Assembly (NCBI GenBank): GCA_951406725.2
Contig: OX597817.1
Coordinates: forward strand, 158,410,001 to 158,474,000
Origin: Octopus vulgaris
Lineage: Eukaryota
Direction: 5' to 3'
DNA length: 64,000 nt
Within the stretch, counting starts at the first letter, position 1. Each line of letters starts with the position of its first letter. The notes under the pieces are model-generated. The model made no database searches. It had not been told where the DNA came from and saw only the letters and a program-made list of their open reading frames with translations. Of the stretch, positions 38,749 to 54,835 are shown piece by piece. The position numbers and the translations under genes are program-made.

Positions 38749-39388
38749 TATATATATATATTCCTTTATCTTTATCTTTAAAGCTGAAAAAAACATCACA
38801 AAAATATATTCTCAATGAAAACTGTCCGACGAACGCGAACGCGTGACTCCGAGTAGCAATCATTTTGTTTGTTTCAGCGATTTTTGTGATGATTTTGCAG
38901 CTTTAATAATCATACGTACAAACATACATTCATACATGCATGCATACATACATTACATTACATTACATATATATATATAGTCTCTGTCCTTCTGTTGTAA
39001 CAAAATGGCTTTTCCGTTTTCGTTTCTGTTGATTTTTACGTTTTTTTGTGGTGTCCTGTACGTATATATATTTATATATGCATGTATTTATATATATATG
39101 TAGATGTCGGTACGTACATATATGTTTGTATGTATGCATATATTTTATTTATTACACTATATATATATATGTGTGTGTGTATATATATATATACATGCAT
39201 ATATACATACTCTCATTCATAGATTTTACACATGTATATATTTATGTGTGTATAAACTTGTATATATATATATATATATATATATACACTCACACATACA
39301 TACATATATGCATATATGTATACATGCATACATATATATATGTATAATACATACATACACACACATAACTACATACATATATACATAC

Positions 39389-39421
<33 letters not shown>

Positions 39422-39425
<4 letters not shown>

Positions 39426-39550
39426 CTTTTATTTGTTTCAGGCAACCTTTCTACTTGTGTCTCTATCGAATTGCTAAGTTACGGGGACATAAACACACCA
39501 ACATCGGTTGTCAAGCGATGGTAGTGTTGCAAACACAGACACGCTCGCGT

Positions 39551-39618
<68 letters not shown>

Positions 39619-39780
39619 ATACGACGGGCCTCTTTCAGTTTCCGTTTACCAAATCCACTCCCAAGGCTTTGGTCGGCCTGAGGCTATAGTAGAAGACACT
39701 TGCCCAAGGTGTCACGCAGTGGGACTGAACCCGGAACCATGTGGTTGAGAAGCAAGCTACTTACCACTCAGCCACTCCTG
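39422..39780 (-). mobile_element. SINE family A
   Basis: Head, core and (CA)n internal repeat; tail partly deleted. Confidence 0.85.
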
Positions 39781-40182
39781 ATATATATATATGTCGTCCC
39801 CTTTAATAGCATTCCATTACTGAATTTTATCTCTCTCTCTCTATCGTCTGGCGTCACTCAATTGGGTTATCGTCAGGGGCAAAAGACCCCTCTGTCCGTT
39901 GGAATTTTATTATTTTCTTTTTGCATATTAGCTTTAACTGAAGTAGTACATACTAGACTTATGCATTTGCTTTGCAAGATTCCTTATGTGAAATCTTGTG
40001 TTGAGAAAAAAAAAAAAAACCCTCAAAAAAGTGACCATCCCGAAATATAACAATATGTGGTATATTACTTTTTACTAGTCCCTTGTATGTAATGACACTT
40101 GAGAGGCACTATGTATGTATGTATTTTGTAATTCTGTTTGCATGTATGAATGAATATTTGTGTTTATGTCTGCTTGTATGTA

Positions 40183-40211
<29 letters not shown>

Positions 40212-40214
<3 letters not shown>

Positions 40215-40443
40215 CTTTATTTTAAGCAGCAGAAAATTCAACAAAATCTGTTACTCTGAGTTTCTCGTTGCCGTTCATCAGACAGTTTTTCTAGCAAAAA
40301 CTGTCTGATGAACGGCAAAAACAGAAACTCAGAGTAACAGATTTTGTTGAATTTTCTGCTGCTTAAAATAAAGCATATTACTCTACCACTGGTATTTGAG
40401 TACTCTTTTTTCCACCTTGTTTCACATTTATGTGTTTACTCCG

Positions 40444-40447
<4 letters not shown>
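40212..40447. mobile_element. Penelope-like palindromic terminal fragment
   Basis: ~80-bp arms (40212-40290 / 40296-40377); right arm extends unpaired to 40447; embedded in (TA)n; hammerhead motif in each arm. Confidence 0.7.
40301..40340 (+). ncRNA. Minimal type I hammerhead ribozyme motif (mirror copy on minus strand at 40248-40285)
   Basis: CTGT-CTGATGA-ACGGCAA..-GAAACTC-A-GAG-TA-ACAG: stem I CTGT/ACAG, stem III CTC/GAG, GUA site. Stem II is degenerate in this arm and better in the mirror arm (ACG-GCAA-CGA). Confidence 0.65.
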
Positions 40448-40504
<57 letters not shown>

Positions 40505-40507
<3 letters not shown>

Positions 40508-40629
40508 GGAGTCTCAAAAAATGTATACACATAGTGGTTCGGCAAAAGAGAACGATAGAATAAGTACTAGGCTTACAAAGAATAACAAATTTACAATTAT
40601 TTAAGGTGTGTATACATTGTTTTGGGACA

Positions 40630-40634
<5 letters not shown>
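40505..40634. mobile_element. Tiny Tc1/mariner-type MITE containing a SINE A fragment
   Basis: Imperfect TIRs CAGGGAGTCTCAAAAAATGTATACAC / GTGTATACATTGTTTTGGGACACATTG in TA context; 40532-40585 matches SINE A. Confidence 0.6.
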
Positions 40635-40709
<75 letters not shown>

Positions 40710-40715
40710 GCATGC

Positions 40716-40765
<50 letters not shown>

Positions 40766-41166
40766 ATATTTGTATATATATATATCTTTATATGTATGTG
40801 TGTGTGTATGTGTATACATTGTCCCTCGGTGAAGAAGTTCATTCGACAATTTTGACGATTTTGACGATATTGTGTGCCTTTCATTTTAAGCTTTCCGCCG
40901 ACCCAAACCTTATGCATGCTACGGAGAAGGCGAAAATTGTGTAATAGAGGTATTTTTTTTCTGCATTTCAAAGCTCTAACTCTTGTCACGCCATGTCGCT
41001 CTGATTATGTCTGCGATGAGAAGAAGGGCTTCAAGTGTTTCCTAAATTCTTAGTCACCTAGAACAGAATTCAATGTGTAGGCCTTCAGAGGTAACCGCAC
41101 CTCCTGTGGGTGCTTGCTGGGCAGCATTTCAAGGAGTGCGGCAAAGTGGGAAAGTATATATACGTA

Positions 41167-41379
41167 CAACATCGATTTTCCGGAACCTTTGATTCTAAAG
41201 CTTTCCGGATTACTGATTTTTCCGGATCAGAACTGCTAACCTTGGTGATAACACTCAAAATTAAACAAATATCTAATTTACTTGAATAATTAAATGAAAT
41301 ACATATACCGCTAGACTAGTGTAAATTATTGCGGATTATAAAAGATGCCGGACTACTAGAGACCGGAAAATCGATGGTG
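41167..41379. mobile_element. TA-flanked MITE (Tc1/mariner/pogo-like)
   Basis: TIRs CAACATCGATTTTCCGG / CCGGAAAATCGATGGTG with TA on both sides. Confidence 0.65.
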
Positions 41380-41826
41380 TACTTGTTTTTATTTAGGTTT
41401 TGTATTTGATTTGCCAAATTCTTGATGTGAACTCATGTTTAAATATATTTTTGTATTTTGGGAGGGTCTGTATGCCATTAATAAACACACGCACTGGTTC
41501 TCTTTCACCTTCTTAATTTGTCAAATGGTTAACTATTTAACCTGTTGATTAATCGATTGTTTGAATAGTAGTTCGGTTAATCAATCAATCAATCAGCTAG
41601 GTTTGTCAGAGCCCTTTCATCTCTATTCATGACCTCAGCAATGGCATGCTCCCTCTACTGCTTATTAAAATTGCTTTTTAGAATTAAGTTATTAACTTAT
41701 CCTTAACAATAACTATATACAATCAAGCATACCGAGTACTTTATATAACTGCATAGCACCCTCTGTAGTTACATTGAAAAACTATAATTACGTATTGGAA
41801 ATTAATTTTTCTTTTATCTTCATATA

Positions 41827-42193
41827 GGCGCATGAGTGGCTGTGTGGTAAGTAGCTTGCTTACCAACCACATGGTTCTGGGTTCAGTCCCACTGCGTGGC
41901 ATCTTGGGCAAGTGTCTTCTGCTATAGCCCCGGGCCGACCAATGCCTTGTGAGTGGATTTGGTGGACGGAAACTGAAAGAAGCCCGTCGTATATATATGT
42001 GTATATATATATATGTGTGTGTTTGTGCGTCTGTGTTTGTTCCCCTAGCATTGCTTGACAACCGATGCTGGTGTGTTTATGTCCCCGTTACTTAGCGGTT
42101 CGGCAAAAGAGACCAATAGAATAAGTACTGGGCTTACAAAGAATAAGTCCCGGGGTCGATTTGCTCAACTAAAAGAGTAAAAGAGTAAGAGTA
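41827..42193 (+). mobile_element. SINE family A, near full length
   Basis: Head to (AAAAGAGT)n tail; short deletion before the tail. Confidence 0.92.
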
Positions 42194-42533
42194 TATGAAA
42201 GTAATTCTTTTTGGGCTGCGAAAAGTAATCAAACGTTTTTTCTCGGCGCTGGGGATAAATGAGTTTGGAAATCACTGGATTAGGGGCCAGTTTAGTGAAT
42301 TCAATAGGAGAAGTACTCATCGTGGAAACTGACGAAGAAGCAATTTACATAGCTTTTCTTTACTTTATGCACACACATACTAACATACACACACACACTC
42401 ACACATATACACACACATAGACACACACACGCTTATTCATTCATTCATACATACATACATACATATATATTTATACACACGCACACAGACACACACACTT
42501 ATTCATACATGCATACATACATACATACATACA

Positions 42534-42565
<32 letters not shown>

Positions 42566-42868
42566 GACATACACATATGTATTTATGCACACACTTAATA
42601 TGTATATTTAGATAATAGCATATAAACTATGATATATATATATATATATGATATATATATAACATATGATATATATATACATACATACATATGATACATG
42701 GATATCTATATCTACATATGTATATAAATATTATATTTGCCTCACAATGTATTAAATGCAATAAGTATAAACACAGATTAACAAAATATATACAAAAATG
42801 CACAGACACACATAATTATACATATATCTTGTATACATACAAACATAAAGATATATATATATATATAG

Positions 42869-42910
<42 letters not shown>

Positions 42911-42981
42911 ATGCATACATATATATATGCATACATATATATATATGCATACATATATATATATATGCATACATATATATG

Positions 42982-43039
<58 letters not shown>

Positions 43040-43089
43040 TATATATATATATACATACATACATACATATATACATGTATATATATACA

Positions 43090-43154
<65 letters not shown>

Positions 43155-43446
43155 TTGTATATATGTGTATAAATTATAAAACATTCAACAATGTAAAATA
43201 ATACACAGCAATGCATATATGTCTCAAAAAAATTATATAAGTAATAAAGTAATATGATAATACCCTTGTAATTGTGGTGAAAATCCGGCAATAACAGGAA
43301 ACATATTTGGCCGAACTTGTTCCATCATCATATTCGGTCTAGTCCTTAGAATTTCTTCAAAGTTTGTTGCCATACTTTTCATTCTCTTGAAGACTCCCTT
43401 CTTCAAAATATGTTTTTGATCCTTAATTCTGGAGGAATTTTTAGTG

Positions 43447-43496
<50 letters not shown>

Positions 43497-43762
43497 AAAA
43501 ACTTTTGTATATATATATTTCTGTTTCCTCGGGTCACTGTGTGTGGTGTTTTAAGTTTAAATCCTCCGTAAAGAAGTAATGTTTAATTTGGGCATTTCTG
43601 TTATTATTACTTATTTATGTGGATGACGTATGGTATTTTAATGTTAAATAACTACTTAATATTTTAGAGGAGTCATTAAATAACTAGATATATTAATAGG
43701 CTTTGTTTGCAGACAGAAAAACAAACAGTCAAGCATACAGACAGTCGATCAGATAGACAGAC

Positions 43763-43838
<76 letters not shown>

Positions 43839-44382
43839 TGATACTTATTTATGATATACAACCTGATTAGTTATTAAATATATAATTCCGGTACTTTGCT
43901 ATTTGAATGATTATATTACAGTTAATAATTTTAATTTTAAGTTATATTTGATATCATTTAACTCAATTAAACTTAACTAATTCAGGTTTTTATCACCTAG
44001 GTTTTTAAAAATCTATTTATGGAGAAATAAATATATATATATGTATACATATTATTTTTTTCTGCTTCTATCAACTTTATAAGAGTGGGTGCTCTAAAGT
44101 CACATGGTCCTCGATTATTTACCTGAAAAAGTTTTAATTGATACACACCCATCCTCTTACCTGTTCATTAGTTATTTAATTACCAGGTGAAAACAACATT
44201 GGCTTTCTTGTATTTTTTTTTTGTTAATGCATTTATATTAACTGCATGTAAGGAGGTACATATATGGTTTCAGACAGGTGTAACATAACTTATTAAGTAA
44301 CTACCTTTAAACTGGTTTTTACCTCGATATGTGACATAGTTGTGTGTGTACGTATATGTAGACATATATGTATTTACATATA

Positions 44383-44432
<50 letters not shown>

Positions 44433-44458
44433 TGTATATATATCTATATCTATATCAA

Positions 44459-44495
<37 letters not shown>

Positions 44496-44518
44496 ATCTA
44501 TGTATCTATGTATCTATG

Positions 44519-44629
<111 letters not shown>

Positions 44630-44739
44630 ATATATACACACACACACTACATCACTAAGTTGGTCTGTGAGATATATATATATCAATGCAAGCATGCGTA
44701 TAAACCTAGCAAAAACTTTTTTAACATGTGTGAATGTTT

Positions 44740-44778
<39 letters not shown>

Positions 44779-45038
44779 AAAGCAATAATTATTAAAGACC
44801 AGTTGAGAGATGTTGCAAATACTTCTATTCTTTTTACTTAAAGTATAATAACCAAGTAAACTTATAAATTATAAATACCTATAAATATATAATTATATAT
44901 GTAAAAGCATTTCTGCATAGAAGCAATATTTGCACCTTAATATATACCTCAATGTATATATGTATGTATATAAATATATATATATGTATACATATATACA
45001 TATTTTATATATATGTATATATATATATATGTATGTGC

Positions 45039-45097
<59 letters not shown>

Positions 45098-45242
45098 TAT
45101 AGGTATATCTATCTACATGTATAGACACATGTGCAATAATTTATACATCTAAGCAGTTAAATCTGATGCTTAGCAACACACCTAATAAAAAATACTTAGA
45201 CATAATTCTGAGAGCGTGTGTGTATATACATATTATTGTACA

Positions 45243-45274
<32 letters not shown>

Positions 45275-47513
45275 CATATATATATATATACACACACGTG
45301 TACTTGTTAATTTACTAGTTCACCCAATACGTTATGCAATTATATAGACACAAACGCACATGTCCACCGATGCACTTACACGCATAGATATATTCAAATA
45401 TATATATGAATATATACATGCATGTTAAATAAATATCTATGTATTCATATATTGTTATCTATATTTGTATAGCAATGGAAAATGTACGGTGTATTTATAC
45501 ATACTTGTGCCTGCATGTGTACAATTATATATAATATATATATATATATGTATGTATGTATATATGTATGTATATATTTATGTATATATGTGTGTGTATT
45601 TATGCGTATTGTGTATATGTGTGTCTATGTATGGATATGCCTATGTTTCTTATACATGTGTGTTGGGAAGCTCTGTTCAAGAACGTTGGTATTTATGTAA
45701 CAATAAGGCGGCCAGGTAAAAGTTTCACAGTCGGCAGAGTGCAGTATTTCGCCATGTCTATTTCGCTGACAAAAGCGTCTAAGTTGAGGACAGTTCATAT
45801 TCACATTTCGTTATTACACTAAAACGTTCCTTATCATTTCGGACAGGGCGTGTATGTATGCGTGCATATGAGTAAGTGTACATGTATATATGTAAGTGTG
45901 TGTGTGTGTGTGTGTGTGTGTCTGTGTGTGTGTATGTGTATTGGTGAGTGTGAGTGAATGGGGGTGGCGATGTCATTAATCTCTTCCCCTTACACACGCA
46001 CGTGCACAAACACACAAAATACACACACACACACACGCGCGTACAAACTTTCATATACATATAAATATATACACATACACACACTCTTCACCGGTGTCGC
46101 CGTTGCTACCATCAAGACAAGCACAGCCATCCCTACACATAACTACCATACATACCACAAGCACTCTACCATCCGATGCCACCACTTCCTATCTCTCTAT
46201 TGCCTTCTCTATCTACCCTCCTTCCTCTTTCTCCACCTCCCCCCCACTTTCTCTCTGACTCCCTCTTTCGTTCAACCTCTGTATATTTGTCTGTCTGTCC
46301 GTCACCGACTAATATCAACCTCCTTCCGTCTCTAACGGCCCTCCTCCTTCCTCTCTCTCGCTCTCCCGCCCCATCAATCATCCCTCCTCTAACTGCACAC
46401 ACACACACACACACACACATACAAACACACACACTCACACACACACATACACACACACGCACACACAAACACACACACACACACACACACACATACACAC
46501 ACACAAACACACACACACATACACACACACACACAAACACACACACGCACACACACACACACACACACACATACACGCACGCATGCAAACACACAAATAC
46601 ACACACATAGACACAGATTCACCCCCATGCTACATCACACGCCACCCGTCCTCTAAATGGTCAGCATCGCTCTTCTTTTTCACCATCAGGCAGGCAATCA
46701 TTTCCCCTCCTCCCCACCGTCTTGCTCTTCCATTTCTCCCCCCCCCATTCCCTGCCTCACCTCCCTCATTCACTTAATGAAAAATAAGATGTAAAACGAA
46801 AAAAAAAAAATGACAAAAGCAAAAAGCGAAATTTAAAAAAAACCCAGCAAAAACTAGAAAATATTACAAAAGTATACAATAAAAATCCAATCATTACCGC
46901 CTCTACCACCGCCACCACCATCATCACTACCACCGCCAAACGCTCAACAACAACAACAACAACAATAAAAATAACATCAACAACCAAAAGAACAACATGG
47001 ACAGCTACAGTATCGGTAGCAATACTACGACGACCACCACAACAAATACAACAACAACGGCAAAAACAACTGAAAGTTATCGTCTGTAACAGTAAAGGTA
47101 AGGTCGACCTTTATACTCCTAAAAACGAGATCGTGAAGGACATTAGCTTTTTCATATCACACCTCCATTGTGTAGCCTAGCCAGTGCGCATGCGTTCTAG
47201 CGATACGAACGTCGGTTAGATTTGATGATAGGCAAAAAGAGGGAAGAGCTATAACTGAGGGAGGTGGGAGGAGGGGGGAAAGGGAGTGGTGGAAGGAGGA
47301 GGAGGAGAGGAAAATGAGGAGGAGGAGGAGGGGTAGGGCTAAGAGAGAAAGCAAACAACATAAGAATAATGGCAAACATTAATGAAATGCCTACCTCCAA
47401 TAAAAAATACTAATAAAAACATCATGGCTGTTAAGCAGACGACAGAAGGAAAACCGTGTGATTGTGTGTGTATATGCCTCTATATGCGTCTATGAATATA
47501 TATAGGAATACAA

Positions 47514-47689
<176 letters not shown>

Positions 47690-47864
47690 GTATATATGTG
47701 TATGTGTGCAGTTGTATACTTGTGTGTCTATATCTACGTATTTTTTTGTTTGTATGTGTGCACCTGTGTGTACACCTCTGTGTATATCTACGTGTGATAA
47801 AATGTGTTGTGTGTATGTACGTGCGCGTATCTCCTTGTGTGTACCTGTGCGCTGTGTCAATACA

Positions 47865-47895
<31 letters not shown>

Positions 47896-47954
47896 GTGTG
47901 TGTATGTATTTATATGTACATAAATGTGTATGTGCGTGTATATATATATACATA

Positions 47955-48009
<55 letters not shown>

Positions 48010-48115
48010 ATATATATTTGTGTGTGTATGTAATTATATGTACATAAATGTGTATGTGCGTATAATATTATATATATATATATATGTATGTATGTATATA
48101 TGTATATCCATGCAA

Positions 48116-48161
<46 letters not shown>

Positions 48162-48682
48162 TGTTTATGTGTATCTGAGTGTATATCAGCTCGTGTAAAT
48201 GTGTGTGTGTGTGTGTGTGTTGCCTGTGTGTGTGTGTGTGTGTGTGTTGCCTGTATGGTTTTGGTCTAAGTTCTAGGTGGGTGGGAATCTTTAATGGCGA
48301 GAAAGGGTACGTCCTACACTGCTTATCTAGCATTCAGACATTGAACGTTGGAAGCGATGTTAAGAAGCTGATTCGTGTAGCGGCTAAACCTGATGTCATC
48401 CCCCAACAGCCAGTAGCAAAACAAACCGGCTAATCAACTCACATAAGGCCTGCCTCCTCACTCTCGACGAAAAGGAAATGGAGAATCTAATAGGAAATCC
48501 GAAAGAGATGGTTGGTGTTGGCTTCCATTCTCTTCCTTCTCTTCCTTCTTTCTTTCTTTCCTTCTTTCTCTTCCTTCCTGCCTTCCTTCCTGCCTTCCTT
48601 CCTTCCTTCCTTCCTTCCTTCCTTTCTTTCTTTTTTCGTTCTCTCTTTCTGTTCATACAGCAAAACAGTAAATGGCGTTAGA

Positions 48683-48721
<39 letters not shown>

Positions 48722-48882
48722 CTCCTTAACACACACACATGCACAAACACGCACACACACACACAAACACTCCACAAACACACACACATGCACAAACACG
48801 CACACACACACACACACACACTCACATACGTACACTCTCAGACACATCCATATAAATACGCTGGGCGCACAGAGAGAAAGAA

Positions 48883-48924
<42 letters not shown>

Positions 48925-49135
48925 AGGGAAAGAAAGAAAGAGAGTGAGAGAGAGAGAGAGAGAGAAAGAGAGGGAGAGCGAAACGAACAGAGAGGGACTC
49001 AACGATATACTGTACTCAGACACATAAGCTTGTTAATCAAAAGTAGTTAAAGATGGGTATACTGACTGTTATAAGTGGTTACATAGACTGTCGACGAGTG
49101 GACAATAGACAGATATATCTGAAAGGACAGTCTAT

Positions 49136-49170
<35 letters not shown>

Positions 49171-49187
49171 TACAAACACGCGCACCC

Positions 49188-49345
49188 ATGCATGACTGTG
49201 TGGTAAGAAGGTTGCTTCCCAACCATATGGTTTCAAGTTCAGTCCCACTGCGTGGCACCTTGGGCACGTGTCTTCTACTAATAGTATCGGGTCGACCACA
49301 GCCTTGTGTATGGATTTGGTAGACGGAAACCGCAAGAAGCCCGTC
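49188..49345 (+). mobile_element. SINE family A 5' half
   Basis: Head and core match. Confidence 0.8.
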
Positions 49346-49364
49346 CCGTCATAATATATCTATA

Positions 49365-49421
<57 letters not shown>

Positions 49422-49431
49422 TATCTATATA

Positions 49432-50007
<576 letters not shown>

Positions 50008-50742
50008 ATATATATATAGTTGGTGACGTCCTGTACCCTTATGTGCATATATACATATTATTTATATTATTATTTAATTGAACGCCACGCATCCATTTTC
50101 GAGTAAGTTTATCTTAACCTTTTTCATGCAACTCTATTCTGTTTTCTCCCCGATCTTTCTCTAATTCCCTTTTTCTCCCTTTCACCGTTTTCTATCTCAC
50201 CACACACTCTCTCTCTCCCTTGTTCTCCTTTTCTCTCTCTCATTGCTCACACGTGACCATCGTCCATTTTTCTTTTCCTCGCGTGACCATCTTTCTTTTT
50301 CTGCACGACGTTCTAAGGACTGGACGTCTTCTGTCTCTCTCTTCTACTTATTCTCTTTTCAAAGAAAATATTTCTCTCAGTGTTCACTATTTCCCCCTCG
50401 GTTTGGTCTAACGACCCTCCGTATTTGTTTTCGTTCGGTTTCCTTGTATGTTATTATTGTCCTATTTTTGTTCCCAACTTTGACCCTCCATAAAATCTAA
50501 ATTTTATTTTGGAACTTATAGGAGCAACATTCTTTGAAGACTCGTATTGTCGTTGAATACTCGAAATGAGGAGTACATAGACAGCCGACAACTGATGAAG
50601 GATAGTTTTTTGTGTTACTTGTCCTATTTTCCATTTTCTCTGGTTGTTGGCGTATTTAACTCGTTTGTTTTCGTACTCCATATTGTTTACAGTTTGTGAC
50701 CCATATATGCATACATACATACATACATACATACATACATAC

Positions 50743-50855
50743 AATTTTACCAAGTAGTTTTCGGTATGGAAAAGAACCATATTCGGTAAAAACTTTTTAT
50801 ATAAGTTTTTACCGAATATGGTTCTTTTCCATACCGAAAACTACTTGGTAAAATT
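50743..50855. repeat. Perfect inverted repeat (~53-bp arms, 7-nt spacer)
   Basis: AATTTTACCAAGTAGTTTTCGGTATGGAAAAGAACCATATTCGGTAAAAACTT is mirrored exactly. Confidence 0.92.
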
Positions 50856-51374
50856 TGTTAATTTTATCAAATTAATACATTTTTTACCCTATATCTGTAA
50901 TGATTATTTCACTCCCCGATAACAAAACTGCAGATCTTTTTTCTGCAGTACTATCTTGTGACGCACATGGTAAACTTGGAGGGAAATACGAATTCACTTG
51001 TCTATATAAATGTGGATATGCTGATTAACTTTTGTATGTTCTGATGGCGCTTGGCCAGAAATACAAGGGGTAAGTTTTCCTAACATTTTCAGATTTATAA
51101 TTCTCGAAATATTATGTCGATGAAGGAAATTAATTTTTATAATGCTAATCCAGAAACGCGTCCATAATTAATCGAAGACTGTTTGATTTCATTATTTTTC
51201 TTCTTTTTGCCTATGTGAGTTACAAATAAATGTTATCTGTGGAGACATATTTTGGAGAAAAAAGAAATAGTAATCTTTTGGCTGCTATTTCTAAACTTTT
51301 CGGTATGTGGTCAAGCAACTTGTTGCTAAACCCTTAATTATTGTTATATGTATGTATATATATGTATATATAAA

Positions 51375-51496
<122 letters not shown>

Positions 51497-51522
51497 GCTA
51501 TCTATCTATCTATCAATATCTT

Positions 51523-51648
<126 letters not shown>

Positions 51649-51671
51649 ATATATATATATATATATATATA

Positions 51672-52061
51672 CTAGCAGTATCACCTGGCGTTGCTCGGAT
51701 TTGTTTCGACCCTTTAGAATTGGAATTTTTGAAAAGTAAAAACTTTGCATTATGTAGCTTGTTATTCTCTTTAAGTGAACATTTTCTGGTTGAAATACAC
51801 CGAAAAATGGCGACACAGCAGTCAAAAAATCGTAAAAAATAGGGATTTTCATAGAAAAAAAGAACCTTTTTGATGTAAATAATTTTGGGTGTTAACATGG
51901 TCCGATTTGAATTTTTTCTTCTACGGAATGAAGAGCAAGCCTTCTTCTATCATACTCTCAATTTTGGTCAACTTGCGCCGCAGGGTCTCGGAGGAGATAG
52001 TATTAGTTGAAGGCTACCAAACCTGCCATACACAGACAACTTCAGCTTTATATAAAATAGA
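51672..52061 (-). mobile_element. Non-autonomous Helitron-like element, family H2 (copy 2)
   Basis: Reverse complement of 18589-18978; CTAG end lies in (TA)n. Confidence 0.8.
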
Positions 52062-52078
52062 TATAGACAGTGTATATA

Positions 52079-52283
52079 CGAGGAGATACAGAAAAGGTCC
52101 ACGTTTTGAGTAAAGAAAAATACAGGAGAGTGACTTATTCAACATATTCCCTTCTCAGGTTCACACACTTATCGCAGCAGTCCTTCGGGTTTCCTAAACC
52201 CTGTAGAAGAACTCGGAAGCTTGGGCTTCCAACCAGGCCTTTCGCGATACCCTTAAAGCTAAGAACTTTACAATGTCCCGTCG
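52079..52283. mobile_element. Mariner-type MITE, family M2 (copy 2)
   Basis: Collinear similarity to 14643-14860. Confidence 0.6.
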
Positions 52284-52359
52284 CATATACGTATATCTGT
52301 ATGTGTGTATATAACACACACGCACACACACACGCACGTGCACACACATACACACACAC

Positions 52360-52403
<44 letters not shown>

Positions 52404-52415
52404 CTGCAAATGCGT

Positions 52416-52448
<33 letters not shown>

Positions 52449-52616
52449 ACTTAGAATAACTTAGAAAGGTTTTTGGCCAGTATTGGCCCAGGCCATGTCT
52501 AACTTAATAGCACCACCTGGCGAAGTCTTTCAGTTCAGGATTTGGGCACGGGATGGTCATCATTTATTTTCCTTTTACCTTGCCAAATAAACACGCGTGT
52601 GGAGCTTGCTTCAGAC

Positions 52617-52740
52617 TTGGTTCAGGTTCAGTCCCACTGCATGGCACCTTGGGCAAATGTCTGCTCCTATAGCCTCGGGCCACCCAAAGCCTTCTTTGTG
52701 GATTTGGTAGACGGAAATTGAAAGAAACTCGTCGTGGATA
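52617..52740 (+). mobile_element. SINE family A fragment
   Basis: B box and core match. Confidence 0.75.
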
Positions 52741-52772
52741 TATATATGTATATATGTATATATATTTATATG

Positions 52773-52883
<111 letters not shown>

Positions 52884-53146
52884 ATATATATATGTATATA
52901 TATACATGTATTTATATGTATGTATTTATGTATGCATACATATGTGTGTGTATGTGTGTGTGCGTGTGTGTGTGTGTGTATGAGTGTGTGCTTTTGTGTC
53001 TGCTTGTGTGTCTGTATGTGTGTGTGTCTGTTTGTGTGTACCTACTGGCATGATGACCCATTCAAGACACAACAAAATATATACATTTGCACGCGCAAGT
53101 ACGCATACACATATGTATATATAAACATATAAAATACTGCGCATAA

Positions 53147-53550
53147 TGCAGGAGTGGCTGTGTGGTAAGTAAGTAGCTTGTTTACCAACCACATGGTTCC
53201 GGGTTCAGTCCCACTGCGTGGCACCTTGGGCAAGTGTCTTCTGTTATAGCTTTGGGCCGACCAATGCCTTGTGAGTGGATTTGGTAGACGGAAACTGAAA
53301 GAAGCCTGTCGTATATATGTATATATATGTGTGTGTGTGTTTGTGTGTCTGTGTTTGTCCCCCTAGCATTGCCTGACAACCGATGCTGGTGTGTTTACGT
53401 CCCCGTCATTAGCGGTTCGGTAAAAGAGACCGATAGAATAAGTACTGGGCTTACAAAGAATAAGTTCCGGGGGTCGATTTGCTCGACTAAAGGCGGTGCT
53501 CCAGCATGGCCGCAGTCAAATGACTGAAACAAGTAAAAGAGTAAAGAGTA
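53147..53550 (+). mobile_element. SINE family A, full length
   Basis: Head, core, internal microsatellite, GTAAAAGA tail. Confidence 0.92.
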
Positions 53551-53810
53551 TATCTATTATATATATATATATATATGTATATTACGTAATGTGCATATAC
53601 ATGTATATATATTACACCCGTCACCACTGCACACATGTTTAAAAGAATAGGTAGCTGAAAATATAAATAAGGAAGAGCCAGAGAGGTCAGTAGCATGAAA
53701 TTGGACAAAGAACGAATAAAAACTGTATTGAACATCATAGAATAGGAGCGGTTCAAATTGTTATCGATCAGAGAACAGACAAGCAGATATGGGAATACAT
53801 ACATACATTC

Positions 53811-53841
<31 letters not shown>

Positions 53842-53951
53842 CACACACACATACATACATACATACATACACACATTCTCATATGTGAGTGTGTATATAT
53901 ATATATATATACACATATATACACGTATGTATATATATATGTGTGTGTGTG

Positions 53952-54007
<56 letters not shown>

Positions 54008-54785
54008 ATCTGAAATGCGAAAAGTTTGTTTGTCTGGTTTTGGCATTGAGAACGGGTTAAAGGCCACTAGATCCCGTCGAATTGACTCCAAAATTTACAG
54101 GGACATGTAAAATGAGGTGAGGATGCCAGTGGGCTAGGTTAGAAATCCCTATCTTAAAAGGTGTCGTTGCTAGGGCCAAAAACGCACTTTGACAAGTCTA
54201 CTCTCATTCTTTTATGTATCTGTCTTCCTCCGTCACTCACTCTCTTTCCTCCCTTCCCATCACTTTCTATATATAACGTCGTTTAACAGCGTCTAACTCC
54301 CCTTCACTTTCTCATTGTAACGTCGTCAAACAGCGTTCTATATCTTCCCCTCACCGCCTTCGACAGTGCTTTCACACACACACTCTCTCTCTACGTCTGT
54401 CTGCATTTATAGACAGAATTATCATCGCCACCACCACCACACAATCATGAGAAAAAATATTATGAATCAGATATTTATTGGGTTAATTTATATATGTGTG
54501 TGTGTGTGTGTTCTATATATAAATATGTATATTAAACTTTTTAATACTTTTTGATAGTTATATATATTTAAAAAAAATTATAAATATAAATTAATAATTT
54601 TAATTTTAAATTTAAATAGTTTAAATTTTTAAATTTTATATTTTATATATTTTGTATATTATATTTTTATTTTTATGTTTTCGTTTATGTTTTTCACTGT
54701 TTGATTTGCCTAATAGTGGTTTTATCTCTAATTTAATTTATATATATAATATATATATAATTTGTATACATTTGTATATATAATG

Positions 54786-54835
<50 letters not shown>

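Noticed and set aside
48285-48433. Plus-strand open frame WVGIFNGEKGYVLHCL... after an AG
   Set aside because: No recognisable homology or partner exons.
50520-50630. CTGATGA and CGAAA motifs in a possible Penelope-like fragment
   Set aside because: I could not draw three consistent stems.
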